Source: an uncultured delta proteobacterium
GTDB taxonomy: Bacteria > Desulfobacterota > Binatia > UBA9968
Assembly: GCA_963727625.1 (NCBI GenBank)
Contig: CAVSHR010000004.1
Span: 1,582,780 to 1,646,779, forward strand
Direction of reading: 5' to 3'
DNA: 64,000 nucleotides
Shown here: positions 49,803 to 59,559 of the stretch, piece after piece
Layout: the number at the start of each line of letters is the position of its first letter
Numbering within the stretch: position 1 is the stretch's first letter
The notes under the pieces: model-generated
Databases searched by the model: none
Seen by the model: only the letters and a program-made list of their open reading frames with translations
Told to the model about the DNA's origin: nothing
Made by a program: the position numbers and the translations under genes

Positions 49803-52800
49803 TTATTCGCGCTGTTGCCTCAATGGGTTTTGCTCGCCGGCAAAGACTTGATTCGCCGGGCTTTCAAACAGAGCCTCGACGCGGTTTTGCCAATGGGTCA
49901 TTTCCATACTGCGAAATTGCTCGCTGGCTGCCACGAACTCTTCCCGCGCTTTTTCGGTGATGCACTGGACCGCATACACCGAACCGATGCCGACATGGCA
50001 ATGAGCGGCGAGCGGCCGCATTCCCAGTTCGCTACCGAGCGCCAAGGCTTTCCGGTAATAAGCTTCCGCTACAGCCGCTTCGCGCTTTTTCCCTTGCAGC
50101 GAAATATCGCCGCTGATTTTCAACGCCCAGGCCTCGTGGCCACGCTCTTTGTACTGGTTAGACAAGTCGACGGCCCGGGCGGCGCAGCGCGCAGCTTCGT
50201 TCACCCGGCCGGAAAACAGATAGCCCTCCGCCAGCGACGCCATGCACAGGGAGGTAAAAGCCATCCGCCCTGAATTGACGGAATCTTCAACGCCCTGCTC
50301 CAGGTAGGTCAGAGCGTCACCGATCCGCCCCGCGTTGGCATAGGCGGAACCCAAGCGCGACGCGGTGAACGGCACGTAGACGGGAATATTTGCGGAGCGG
50401 CAGAGCGCAAAGCTGCGCTCGAGAAGCGGGATCGCTTGATTGAAGTCGCCCTTGAGCAAATAGAGCATGCCGGCGCTGCATAGCATATGGATCAGACTGG
50501 TGGCATGGTCCGCTTCTTCGCCGATTTGGATGCCTTCGCTGCCAAGCTCCCCGCCCTCGGCGAAGCGGCCCATCGCGGCCAGGCACTGCACCAGATGGCT
50601 CCGGCAAATAACCGATAACACCGCCGCAGTGCCGAAGCGCTCGTAGCGATGATCCGCGCCGATGTTTTTGATTCCACGCCGCAGCGCTTCGACGGCAAGC
50701 TCGTATTGGCCGGTCTTGTTGTAAGCTGCGCCCAGGTAGTAATTGGTGACCGTACTGTAGGCGAGATCGGCTTGCACAACGCCCAGCCCGAGCGCGCGCT
50801 GGCCGATTTGAATGGCGTGCTCCGGGTCACCCGCCAGGCCATAATAACTATTGAGAAAATTGAGCACGCGGGCGGTGCGCTGTTCGTCGCCGAGCCGTTC
50901 GGTCAACGCTTCGGCGGCGCTCAAGTGCGCCGCCACCCGCGTCGAGTCGCCGAGCAAGAATAAAATGTTGCGCGCTTCGAGATGAAGATCGATCTGCTGC
51001 GCTATTTTTTCGGGAGCATCAGCGAGATGATCGGTTGCGCGCAACGCCCGCTCGTAACAAGCCAACGCTTCGAAAAACGCCGAATGCGAGGTCGCTTTGG
51101 CGCCGGCACCCAGTAAGTAGGCGACGGCCTTGGGCCAAAGCTCGCCATGGAAAGCATGGTGCGCGAGGGCTTCGATTTCATCGTGCAAATCGTCGCCGCC
51201 GATGCGTTCCAGCGCGCCGACGACGCTCGCGTGCAGCGCGGTTTTTCGTTCGTGCAGCAGCGCCCCGTAGACGACCTCATTGGTCAGCGCATGCCTAAAA
51301 CTGTATTCCGGCTCGGGAAACAAACTGTACTCGTAAATAAATTCCGACGCCTGCAGATTAAACAAATGGCGGTGCAGGTCCTCCGCCGGAAAACCGGCGA
51401 CCTTTTCCAGCAAACGCAACGGCACGACCACGCCGATCACCGCGGCGATCTGCAGCAGTTGCTTCTCGGCGCTTGACAACCGGTCCACGCGATCGGCGAG
51501 CACCGTGCGCACCGTGCTGGGAACGCGGATGCTGTCGACGGCGATTCCCGGCCGATAGCTTCCTTTGGCCCCCACCAGCACACCGGTCTCGGTCAAGGAG
51601 CGGACGATTTCTTCGACGAAGAACGGATTGCCTTCCGTGCGCTTGATCAGAAGCTCCCTGAGCAACGCCAGCTCTTCATTGCCTCCCAAGAGCGACTCGA
51701 TCAACTCGTTGGCTCCGGCCGGCGGCAATGGATCGACCCGAAGCCGAGCGTAGTACTCCTTGCTCGCCCAGGTATGGGTATAACCAGGCCGATAATTGAC
51801 CAATAGATAAATTCGCGCCAGCGGCAGACTTTCCACCAGAAGATCGAGAAACGCCTGGGTCTCGCTGTCGATCCAATGCAGGTCCTCGAAAACCACCAAC
51901 AGCGGCTGCTGCGCGCTTTCGCGCATCAATAGGCGCCGCATCGCGTCGAGGATCTGCGTCCGCCGCTCGCGAGGTTCCAAGCCGTCGAATTTTTCCATGG
52001 CCGCAGCGACTTCGGGGTATTCGAGGAGCTGGCCGCTACCGTCGCTCAAATCTTTCGCCGGCGACAGCGCGTCAAGCAGAGTCAATATCGGCGGGATGGC
52101 GTCGAGTAACTGCCGGTCGAGCGCTAAGATCTTTTGTAAAATCTTCTTGCGCACGCTTTGAGCCTCTTCAGTGGCCGAAATTTCAAAAAAGTGCCGCAAG
52201 AGTTCGATGACCGGCAAGTACGGCGTGGCGGCGCCATAGGACACCGAGAACCCCTGAATCACTTTCCAACCGGGCGGCAGATGGTGCTGGATAAACTCGC
52301 GCACCAGACGCGACTTGCCCATGCCGGCCTCGCCGGCCAGAGCTAAAATTCGCCCCGTCCTCGTCTCGGCGGTAAATTGCCGGAACGCTTCAATCTCCGC
52401 TTGTCGCCCAACGAAGATCGAAAGCCCGCGTTCGCCCTGGGCCTGCAGACGGTTATGTGCCGCGGTTGCGCCGACCAGTTCGAAGGCGTCGATCGGATTG
52501 GTAAAACCTTTAACTTGCAAAGAACCGACGGAACGCACCTCGACAAAGCCCTCGACCTCGCGCAAGGTATCGGCCGTCAACATGATAGCACCCGGCGCCG
52601 CCAGCGCTTCCATGCGCGCAGCCAAATGGGTTGTATGGCCGAGCGCAGCATAGTCAATGTTCAGATCGTTGGTGATCGAGCGCACGACGACCTCGCCGGA
52701 ATTGATGCCGATGCCGATCTTCAATGAAGCCCGAGGCGCCTGACCGCCGTTTTCGGCGGCCCAGCGCATTTCTTCCTGCATGGCGAGCGCGGCGTAACAG

Positions 52801-53282
52801 GCGCGTAGGGCGTGGTCCTCACGGGCCAGTGGAGCGCCGAACAATGCCATGATCCCGTCGCCTAACACTTGATTGACCGTGCCTCCGTATCGGTGCACCG
52901 CGTCCATCATGATCTGTAGAACCGGATCGAAGCGATTGCGCACCTCTTCCGGGTCGAGGTTTTCTACAAGGCTCGTGGAGCCGCGAATATCGGCGAACAG
53001 AACGGTAACCTGTTTGCGCTCGCCTTCGATGAATCGCCGCGTGGAAAGCATTTTTTCAGCGACGAACCTCGGGACGACGGTATTGGCCGCGGCCGGTTGT
53101 GACAAACCGGCGCTGCTCACCGCCGTCGAGTCGACCAACTGCTGGCCGCATTTTTTGCAGAATTTGGCGCCGTGACGATTCGGCTCCCGGCACTGAGAAC
53201 AGAGCGTATCCAACGGCGCGCCGCACTCATCACAAAAGAGCGCGTCCGGGGGGGATTCGGTCTGGCAGTGGGAGCAAATCAT
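49803..53282 (-). CDS. Double zinc ribbon-class III nucleotide cyclase-AAA (STAND)-TPR protein
   Basis: CxxC x4, VTVLFADIRGST, GDGIMALFG, LAARME, GEAGMGKS, FEDLHWID, GNPFF, TPR-like tail. Confidence 0.92.
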   Translation of the reverse strand: MICSHCQTESPPDALFCDECGAPLDTLCSQCREPNRHGAKFCKKCGQQLVDSTAVSSAGLSQPAAANTVVPRFVAEKMLSTRRFIEGERKQVTVLFADIRGSTSLVENLDPEEVRNRFDPVLQIMMDAVHRYGGTVNQVLGDGIMALFGAPLAREDHALRACYAALAMQEEMRWAAENGGQAPRASLKIGIGINSGEVVVRSITNDLNIDYAALGHTTHLAARMEALAAPGAIMLTADTLREVEGFVEVRSVGSLQVKGFTNPIDAFELVGATAAHNRLQAQGERGLSIFVGRQAEIEAFRQFTAETRTGRILALAGEAGMGKSRLVREFIQHHLPPGWKVIQGFSVSYGAATPYLPVIELLRHFFEISATEEAQSVRKKILQKILALDRQLLDAIPPILTLLDALSPAKDLSDGSGQLLEYPEVAAAMEKFDGLEPRERRTQILDAMRRLLMRESAQQPLLVVFEDLHWIDSETQAFLDLLVESLPLARIYLLVNYRPGYTHTWASKEYYARLRVDPLPPAGANELIESLLGGNEELALLRELLIKRTEGNPFFVEEIVRSLTETGVLVGAKGSYRPGIAVDSIRVPSTVRTVLADRVDRLSSAEKQLLQIAAVIGVVVPLRLLEKVAGFPAEDLHRHLFNLQASEFIYEYSLFPEPEYSFRHALTNEVVYGALLHERKTALHASVVGALERIGGDDLHDEIEALAHHAFHGELWPKAVAYLLGAGAKATSHSAFFEALACYERALRATDHLADAPEKIAQQIDLHLEARNILFLLGDSTRVAAHLSAAEALTERLGDEQRTARVLNFLNSYYGLAGDPEHAIQIGQRALGLGVVQADLAYSTVTNYYLGAAYNKTGQYELAVEALRRGIKNIGADHRYERFGTAAVLSVICRSHLVQCLAAMGRFAEGGELGSEGIQIGEEADHATSLIHMLCSAGMLYLLKGDFNQAIPLLERSFALCRSANIPVYVPFTASRLGSAYANAGRIGDALTYLEQGVEDSVNSGRMAFTSLCMASLAEGYLFSGRVNEAARCAARAVDLSNQYKERGHEAWALKISGDISLQGKKREAAVAEAYYRKALALGSELGMRPLAAHCHVGIGSVYAVQCITEKAREEFVAASEQFRSMEMTHWQNRVEALFESPANQVFAGEQNPLRQQRE

Positions 53283-53523
53283 AAGACAAGCAGTGTCTAG
53301 TTTGCCGGCTTAACTTGCCCGATGTGATTTTTTTGGCGGCTCGCTCCCAGCATATATTACCGGTGTGAATTTAAAGCAAGGAGCGCGCGCAACCGGCCGG
53401 GACTCGGGCTGTGGCGCGATTGGGCCGGCGCGGCGTTCGGCCGAATCGAGTTACGATGGCCTGCGGGGGATCGGTCCAGGAGACCTTTGTTTGATCGATT
53501 TGAACGTTTTGAAATCCGCCGAT

Positions 53524-55776
53524 TCAAAACGTTAATCGCTTGTACAATTGCGGCAGGCGGCGCGGCAGCAAACTCACGTCGGCCAGGACTTCATAGCTGA
53601 AGTCGTCCATCATCGTGCGCAGATAATCGTTGCCCTCCTTGTCGACGGTCAGGCAGAACGGATGCAGCCCCTCGCGCCGCGCTTCGATGAGCGCCATGCG
53701 CGTGTCCTGCACGGCGTAGGCTTTCTCGGAATCTTCCTGAGAATAACCGCGGTCCTGCGGCCGCCCATCGCTGATCAGGAACAAAAACTTCGCGCGGGTA
53801 TGTTCCTGTCTTAGCTTCGCCGTGACATGGCGGATTGCCGGCCCCATGCGAGTGGCGTGCAACGGGCTGATCCGGCCGAAACGCTTGGCGATCTCCAGAT
53901 TAAAATCTTCGGCGATGTCTTTGATGACGTAAAATTCCACGTTGTCGCGGCCGTGGCCGGAAAAACCGTAGACCCCGTATCGGTCGCCGATACTTTCCAG
54001 AGCATCCATCATCAGCACGATCGCTTCCTTCTCGACGTCGATGATGCGCCGCTGGGTGCGCTCGCGCGGCGGCGCATCATCGGTCGCCGGCTCCGCCGCG
54101 GTGCCCCCGGCGATCGCTTCCCCGGTGGAGCCGCTCATGTCGAGCAAAAACGCCACCGCCACATCGCGCTCGATTTTATGGTGCCGCCAAAAGACTTTCT
54201 CGGACGGGCTGATGCCGATGCGCAAATCTGTAATCGCTTCGATGGCAGCGTCCAGGTCATGGTCGACGCCGTCCGGCAATCGCTTTTCCTTGCGATAGAT
54301 CTCCGGCATGACTTGCTCGAACTCGCCGCGGATCTGCTTGAGCAGGTCGCCATGGTTCAGCAAGGTATCGCGATAGAATTGGATGTCACCCGCCGGCATG
54401 ATTTTTTCATAGACTTTGCACCAGCGCTCGCGAAAGCGATTCGCGAAAACATCCCACTCGTCATAAAGAAAGGTATTCGGCTGGTTCGCCGACAGCGGCC
54501 CCATATCGTCGTCCGCTTGCTGTGACGGGCGGCGCTGGATGCTGCGCATGCGCGGGTCGCGCCGTTCGAGCTCACGCATTAAATTTTGCACCATTCTCTC
54601 GGTTTGCGGATCTGCCTCTTCGCCGTCCTCATCCGAATCTCTGGGGGTCGGTTCTCTCTGGCTGCGCAGCAAATCGGCCAGCTCCTCGGGCGTCAATGAC
54701 TTCCGCTGCTCACGGGAATTTGCCTTGGCTTGAGTCAACAGCTGGGCCAGCTCCGGCCGAAATTCTCCACGATAGTCCACCCCAGGCGGCGATAGGTACT
54801 CGCGCTCCCGACCGACCAGTGCCGGTAGCTTCAGGTTTACCTGCGACGAATCATCATCCACCCAACGATTGGAACGACTGGAACCACTGGAACGTTTGGA
54901 ACCTATCTGTCGACTTGAACTATTTGAACGTCTTGAACGACTTGAACCCTCTTCCTCCGGTTGTAAAACCGCAAACTCGTTCTTTTCCAAATAGTCGTTT
55001 CTAACCCGGGCCAAACGGGCATAAATTCTTAGCGCCGCTTCTGCGGCGTCCTCGACGGTCGCGCCGCGCTGAAACACCAGCCTCGCCAATCGGTTTATTT
55101 CTCCGGCGAGCCTTAGCCGCCGCCGGGGAATTTTAAGATCGCCTATTTGACCGAGACTCAGTCGAACCAACAGCTCGAGCAACGCTTCCCGCACGGGCAA
55201 CAATGTGATTTCCGGCCGCAAAGTAAGCACACGCCGGCGCATGGCGCGATACACCGGCGCAATGCCGCGGTATTCCTTCATGACCCGGAATTCGACCCGG
55301 CCGCTTTCGAGCACGGAAAAAATATCCAACGCCAAGCGCTTGTTAGGAAATAGTCTGAAGAACCGCGTCAGCTCGGTTGCCGTCGGACGCTCATGGTGGC
55401 CTTCGTGGCCATGATCATGGTCGTGATACTCCGGCGGCGCGGTCAAGCTGAGACGCAGGTCATCGAACCTCGTCGATGGCCGCGCGTATTCAAACTCGAA
55501 GCTGCCGAATTCGATATGGCCGGCCTGCTGCGTCAGCGCGATTTTCAAGAAATCGTAATTGTCGCCTTGCGTTCCAAAACGCTCGACGACCGACGGAAGA
55601 AAAATCGCCGCGCCGTCGCTGGTCGCCGCGTCGCTCTTCGACCAGCCAATGTTTTTATCGACGAGCTGTCCGAGATCTTGCAGCTCCACGCTGCGCTCGG
55701 TCAGCGCGTGGCAGTAGAGCCGCAGCATGTCGCGCAGGGGCGCGATTTCAACAGCAGAGGATTCGGAAATCGACAT
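53524..55776 (-). CDS. NorD/CbbO-like VWA domain protein
   Basis: YDEWD, LDMSGST MIDAS, TRMGPAIRH, SDGRPQD. Confidence 0.87.
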   Translation of the reverse strand: MSISESSAVEIAPLRDMLRLYCHALTERSVELQDLGQLVDKNIGWSKSDAATSDGAAIFLPSVVERFGTQGDNYDFLKIALTQQAGHIEFGSFEFEYARPSTRFDDLRLSLTAPPEYHDHDHGHEGHHERPTATELTRFFRLFPNKRLALDIFSVLESGRVEFRVMKEYRGIAPVYRAMRRRVLTLRPEITLLPVREALLELLVRLSLGQIGDLKIPRRRLRLAGEINRLARLVFQRGATVEDAAEAALRIYARLARVRNDYLEKNEFAVLQPEEEGSSRSRRSNSSSRQIGSKRSSGSSRSNRWVDDDSSQVNLKLPALVGREREYLSPPGVDYRGEFRPELAQLLTQAKANSREQRKSLTPEELADLLRSQREPTPRDSDEDGEEADPQTERMVQNLMRELERRDPRMRSIQRRPSQQADDDMGPLSANQPNTFLYDEWDVFANRFRERWCKVYEKIMPAGDIQFYRDTLLNHGDLLKQIRGEFEQVMPEIYRKEKRLPDGVDHDLDAAIEAITDLRIGISPSEKVFWRHHKIERDVAVAFLLDMSGSTGEAIAGGTAAEPATDDAPPRERTQRRIIDVEKEAIVLMMDALESIGDRYGVYGFSGHGRDNVEFYVIKDIAEDFNLEIAKRFGRISPLHATRMGPAIRHVTAKLRQEHTRAKFLFLISDGRPQDRGYSQEDSEKAYAVQDTRMALIEARREGLHPFCLTVDKEGNDYLRTMMDDFSYEVLADVSLLPRRLPQLYKRLTF
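54864..54948. repeat. Degenerate 9-bp tandem repeat in frame within the VWA gene
   Basis: About nine AACGA(C/T)T(G/T)G-like units encoding SSRSRRSNSSSRQIGSKRSSGSSRSNR. Confidence 0.75.
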
Positions 55777-55815
55777 CGGTTCTATGATGTTGTGATGTTT
55801 TGCCGCTTCTTCATG

Positions 55816-55927
55816 CTCCCCCGCCGACGCAGGGGGAGGAAAGAGGCGAGGGATTGACCGGAGCGCAGCGGTTGAACGGCTTGAACGTTTTGAACCGTCA
55901 TGATGGATGCGTGTCCTTCGTGGTTAA
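55816..55927. repeat. REP-like intergenic element: hairpin plus TTGAAC repeats
   Basis: CTCCCCCGC..GGGGGAG stem followed by TTGAACGGC TTGAACGTT TTGAACCG, then CGTGTCCTTCGTGGT. Confidence 0.6.
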
Positions 55928-55933
55928 ACCTTC

Positions 55934-56827
55934 TTAGGGGAAGATCGCCGCCACCACTTCGTCAAGACTGCGCTGCACCTGGACATCGTCGGTGATGCCC
56001 CAGGTCACCGCGACGTGGCAGGCGCGCCGCGGTGCGATGCCTTCCTTGATCAGCCTTCCGGCGTAAATCAGCACACGGGTGCTCGCGCCTTCTTTGAGCC
56101 CATGCTCGCGCAGGTTGCGCACTTTATGGCCGAGCTTGGCCAGTTGCAGTGCGGTGGCCTCATTGACGCCGGATTCATGGGCGATGATCTTTGCCTCGCG
56201 CTCGGCGTCGGGAAATTGAAAATCCAGGGCGACGAAGCGCTGACGCGTGCTATGTTTCAAATCCTTCAATGCGTTCTGATAACCGGGATTGTAGGACACC
56301 ACCAGGAGAAAATTATCCGCCGCTTCGACCACCTCGCCGAGTTTGTCGATGGTCAGCAGGCGCCGATGATCGGTCAGCGGATGAATGATTACCGTGGTGT
56401 CTTTGCGCGCTTCGACGATTTCGTCGAGATAGCAGATGCCGCCGGCTTTGACCGCACGGGTGAGCGGGCCGTCGATCCAGTGGGTGCCGTTAGCGTCGAG
56501 CAGATAGCGGCCGACCAGATCGCTCGCGGTGAGATCTTCATGGCAAGCCACGGTCACCAGCGGCACCGTGCCGTTGCCGTTCGCACCCTCTGTCGCCGGC
56601 TTGGCGCCGTCCTTGACGATGGTCAGCGGCTGGCCGAGCTTCCATGCCATATATTCGACGAAGCGGGTCTTGCCGGTGCCGGTGGGACCCTTGAGCAAAA
56701 CCGGCACGCGCTGGCGGTAGGCGGCCTCGAAAATCTCGACTTCGTCCGAGCTCGCCATGTAGAACGGCTCGGCTTTGACAATGAATTCTTCAATTCGGTA
56801 CTGCGCGGCGGCTTGCTGGGTCGACAT
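55934..56827 (-). CDS. CbbQ/NirQ/NorQ family MoxR AAA+ ATPase
   Basis: KGPTGTGKTRF, CHEDLTASDLVGR, YLDEIVEAR, SYNPGYQ, STRQRF. Confidence 0.92.
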   Translation of the reverse strand: MSTQQAAAQYRIEEFIVKAEPFYMASSDEVEIFEAAYRQRVPVLLKGPTGTGKTRFVEYMAWKLGQPLTIVKDGAKPATEGANGNGTVPLVTVACHEDLTASDLVGRYLLDANGTHWIDGPLTRAVKAGGICYLDEIVEARKDTTVIIHPLTDHRRLLTIDKLGEVVEAADNFLLVVSYNPGYQNALKDLKHSTRQRFVALDFQFPDAEREAKIIAHESGVNEATALQLAKLGHKVRNLREHGLKEGASTRVLIYAGRLIKEGIAPRRACHVAVTWGITDDVQVQRSLDEVVAAIFP

Positions 56828-56861
56828 TCGTTATTTCACTCTCGCGAAATTATTTCAAAAA

Positions 56862-56890
56862 ACCGTAACCGATGGCCCAACTCCTGTCAA
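56862..56890 (-). promoter_or_regulatory. Putative sigma70 promoter of the AAA/VWA pair
   Basis: TTGACA-N17-TACGGT. Confidence 0.5.
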
Positions 56891-57118
56891 ACCAGCCGTA
56901 GCATCGAAGCGGCAGCCATAACGGAAGAAAAGCGGGAGAGACCGGGGCGGGGGAGCCTATTGCCCCTCGTTTTCTGTGTTATTCTTGACGACCGGGTTGG
57001 TTCCGGCAGCTTGCTCACCTTGAGAGCGCTTGTTCAAGCGGCTCTGAACGAGCGCGCCCGAGTTGCCCCTAGCAGGGATCTCTTATAAGTCATAGCTATT
57101 TTCATGAGGAGTAATGTG

Positions 57119-57577
57119 ATGAATCTCAAAGATCCGGTTCTGCAGACTTATCTGATAGCGGCGTCGTTGATGTGCTTAAAGTTCATGCTGCAAGCTTGGA
57201 TGACCGTCTATCGCATGCTGAAGGTCAACGGCGGCTTCCTGCATCCCGAAGACATCAAGAAAACGCCTCTCAATCCGACTCCGAGCGAAGACCAATTGAA
57301 AACCAACCCCTACGTCGAGCGATCGCGCAGCATGCAGCGGAACGACATGGAAAACATTCCAATATTTCTGGTTGCCGGCTTTTTGTTTGCGCTGACCCAG
57401 CCGGCGCTTTGGGCCGCACAAACTCTGATGTACGGCTACGTCGCCTCCCGCCTGCTCCATGCGTACGCCTTGGGCACCGCTAAAACCCATGATCTAAGGG
57501 CCACATTCTTTACGATCGGTTCGCTCATCGTCATCGGTATGAGCCTGTACACGCTTATCTTTGCGCTCAAAGGATGA
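57119..57577 (+). CDS. MAPEG family protein (microsomal GST1-like)
   Basis: F.HPED..VER.R..RNDMENIP.F, R..H, hydrophobic helices; SD GAGGAG. Confidence 0.85.
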   Translation: MNLKDPVLQTYLIAASLMCLKFMLQAWMTVYRMLKVNGGFLHPEDIKKTPLNPTPSEDQLKTNPYVERSRSMQRNDMENIPIFLVAGFLFALTQPALWAAQTLMYGYVASRLLHAYALGTAKTHDLRATFFTIGSLIVIGMSLYTLIFALKG

Positions 57578-57677
57578 CGATTCAGCAAGGCGCGGATTTT
57601 TAATCGCGGAATAGTCGGCAGGCTTCGCAATAGACCTTACCCGCTGACTCGCCGAACTGGAAAAGGGCAAAGATCAA

Positions 57678-57758
57678 CTCACCGCGAAGGGCACGAAGGT
57701 TTCGGATACGCATTCACCGAGTTCCGAACTTCGTGGTCTTCGTGTCCTTCGTGGTGAG
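57678..57758. repeat. Inverted-repeat element between convergent genes (REP-like or bidirectional terminator)
   Basis: CTCACCGCGAAGGGCACGAAG ... CTTCGTGTCCTTCGTGGTGAG; a half copy sits near 55910. Confidence 0.65.
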
Positions 57759-57792
57759 TCAGAAGGCCGAATGCCAGCCGGCACGCATGGAT

Positions 57793-59475
57793 CTATTGCC
57801 GCGCGGGGTTTGCGCTGCGCGCCACTTTGCCCGGCAATGCGCCGGTGTGCTCGCCCTTTTCGATCAGCACCTGTCCATTCACCACGGTATACTCGATGCC
57901 CTGGGCCAGCTGCTTGCGGCGTCTCGAACCGCCCGGCAGGTCGTAAGCCTCGCCCGGCTCCAGCGGAGCGATGGTCTCGGGATCGAAGATCATCAGATCC
58001 GCCGCCATGCCTTGACGCACCAGACCGCGGTCGTACAAGCCGAAGAGCGATGCCGGAACGAAGGTGAGCTTGCGGATCGCTTCTTCCAGCGACATGATCT
58101 GTTTCTGCCGCACCCAGTGCGAGAACAGATAAGTGGAGTAGCTGTAGTCGGTGCGGAAAACCACATGGGCTCCGCCGTCGGACTGGCCGATGATCGTGTA
58201 CGGGCTCGTCAGCAACGCTTTCATCGCCGCTTCGTCGCAATTCACTTCGCGCCGTTCGAATTCCGTTTCAAGGTTTTCTTCCAGCACCAAATCGAGCATC
58301 GTGTCGAGCACGTCTTTGTTCTGTTCTCGCGCAATCTCGGCGATGCTCTTGCCGATGAGATGTTGGTTTTTCTCTAGCGCCGGCTTGAACACGAACTGCA
58401 AATCCCAGCGCCGCGTGAAGTCGCCGGCGAAGCCGACATTCATCGGCGTCTCGACCGCTTCCTTGTGCAACTTGGCGCGGGTCGCCGGATCGCGGAATGC
58501 TTCCTTGCGCATCTCCAGCGGCAGCAGCATGACGTTTTTCCACGTTGCCATGGCATCGAAGTGCTGCGCGGTCTTGAGCGTGTAGCGCAGGTCGCCGGGC
58601 CGCGGCATGACGAACTGGTAGGCGCGATGCCCCTGGCGCATCAAGCTCTCGGTGTCGTCGAGCTGCTTGCGCCAGCGGTCGGGAGCGACCGCCGCCTGGG
58701 TGATGTTGCCGTAGAAGACCGGGCAACGGCTGTTCATCGCCACCGCCGCGCCGAGCTTGCGGTCGCCGCCGCACTGGATCACGCCGCGCCCCGCTTCGTC
58801 GACCACGCCCGCCACAGCGAGGATTTCCGAATCGGCGGCGAGATTGGTCGGCGCCAGCCGGCCGTCCCAATCGAAATGGCGTGGGTTGCGCTCGAAGGAG
58901 ACGCCCACGGCGCCAGCCTCGATGCCCTCGCGGACGATCGCCTTCATGGCATGGATCTCGTCATCCGTCGCGTGCCGTTCCTGGGACGCATCGCCCATGA
59001 CGTAGCGCCGTACCGCGGAGTGGCCGATGAGCGAGGCGACGTTGAGCCCGAGCTTTTGATCAAGAGAGTCGAGATACTGCGGGATGGTCTCCCACGACCA
59101 TTTTACGCCCGCTTGAATCGCCTCCAGCGGGATCGCCTCGACATGGGATAAAACTCCGGCGAGGTTTTCGCGGTCTTCCTTATGCGCCGGCGCCATCGCC
59201 AGAGAGCAGTTACCGATCACCACGGTGGTCACGCCGTGATAGCAGGAGTAAGTGCAAAGCGGGTCCCAGGTCACCTGGGCATCGTAGTGCGTATGGTTGT
59301 CGATGATGCCGGGAGCGACTACCAACCCATCCGCGTTGATCTCCCGTTTTGCCGCCCCGCTCACCCTCCCCATCTCGACGATCCGCCCGCCGCTCACCGC
59401 GACGTCGCCGTGATAGCCCGGCAAGCCGGAACCGTCGATGATTGTTCCGTTCTTAATGACTAGATCATACGCCAT
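57793..59475 (-). CDS. N-acyl-D-amino-acid deacylase family amidohydrolase
   Basis: PGIIDNHTHYDAQ, GVTTVVIGNC, SDGGAH, G..ADL.IFDP. Confidence 0.9.
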   Translation of the reverse strand: MAYDLVIKNGTIIDGSGLPGYHGDVAVSGGRIVEMGRVSGAAKREINADGLVVAPGIIDNHTHYDAQVTWDPLCTYSCYHGVTTVVIGNCSLAMAPAHKEDRENLAGVLSHVEAIPLEAIQAGVKWSWETIPQYLDSLDQKLGLNVASLIGHSAVRRYVMGDASQERHATDDEIHAMKAIVREGIEAGAVGVSFERNPRHFDWDGRLAPTNLAADSEILAVAGVVDEAGRGVIQCGGDRKLGAAVAMNSRCPVFYGNITQAAVAPDRWRKQLDDTESLMRQGHRAYQFVMPRPGDLRYTLKTAQHFDAMATWKNVMLLPLEMRKEAFRDPATRAKLHKEAVETPMNVGFAGDFTRRWDLQFVFKPALEKNQHLIGKSIAEIAREQNKDVLDTMLDLVLEENLETEFERREVNCDEAAMKALLTSPYTIIGQSDGGAHVVFRTDYSYSTYLFSHWVRQKQIMSLEEAIRKLTFVPASLFGLYDRGLVRQGMAADLMIFDPETIAPLEPGEAYDLPGGSRRRKQLAQGIEYTVVNGQVLIEKGEHTGALPGKVARSANPARQ

Positions 59476-59530
59476 TTGCCCCTCCCGTGTGGCCGGCGAG
59501 TTTGCCGGCGGCGACCTCTATTCTCCCTGG

Positions 59531-59559
59531 AAAGTATTCGTTGCCACACCTGCTGTCAA
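59531..59559 (-). promoter_or_regulatory. Putative sigma70 promoter of the amidohydrolase
   Basis: TTGACA-N17-TACTTT. Confidence 0.55.

Noticed and set aside
54864-55927. CRISPR array
   Set aside because: Repeats are 9-bp tandem units without unique spacers, and no cas genes are present
55934-56827. Evidence for denitrification or carbon fixation
   Set aside because: No norBC, nirS or Rubisco genes in the window; family membership alone does not define the client
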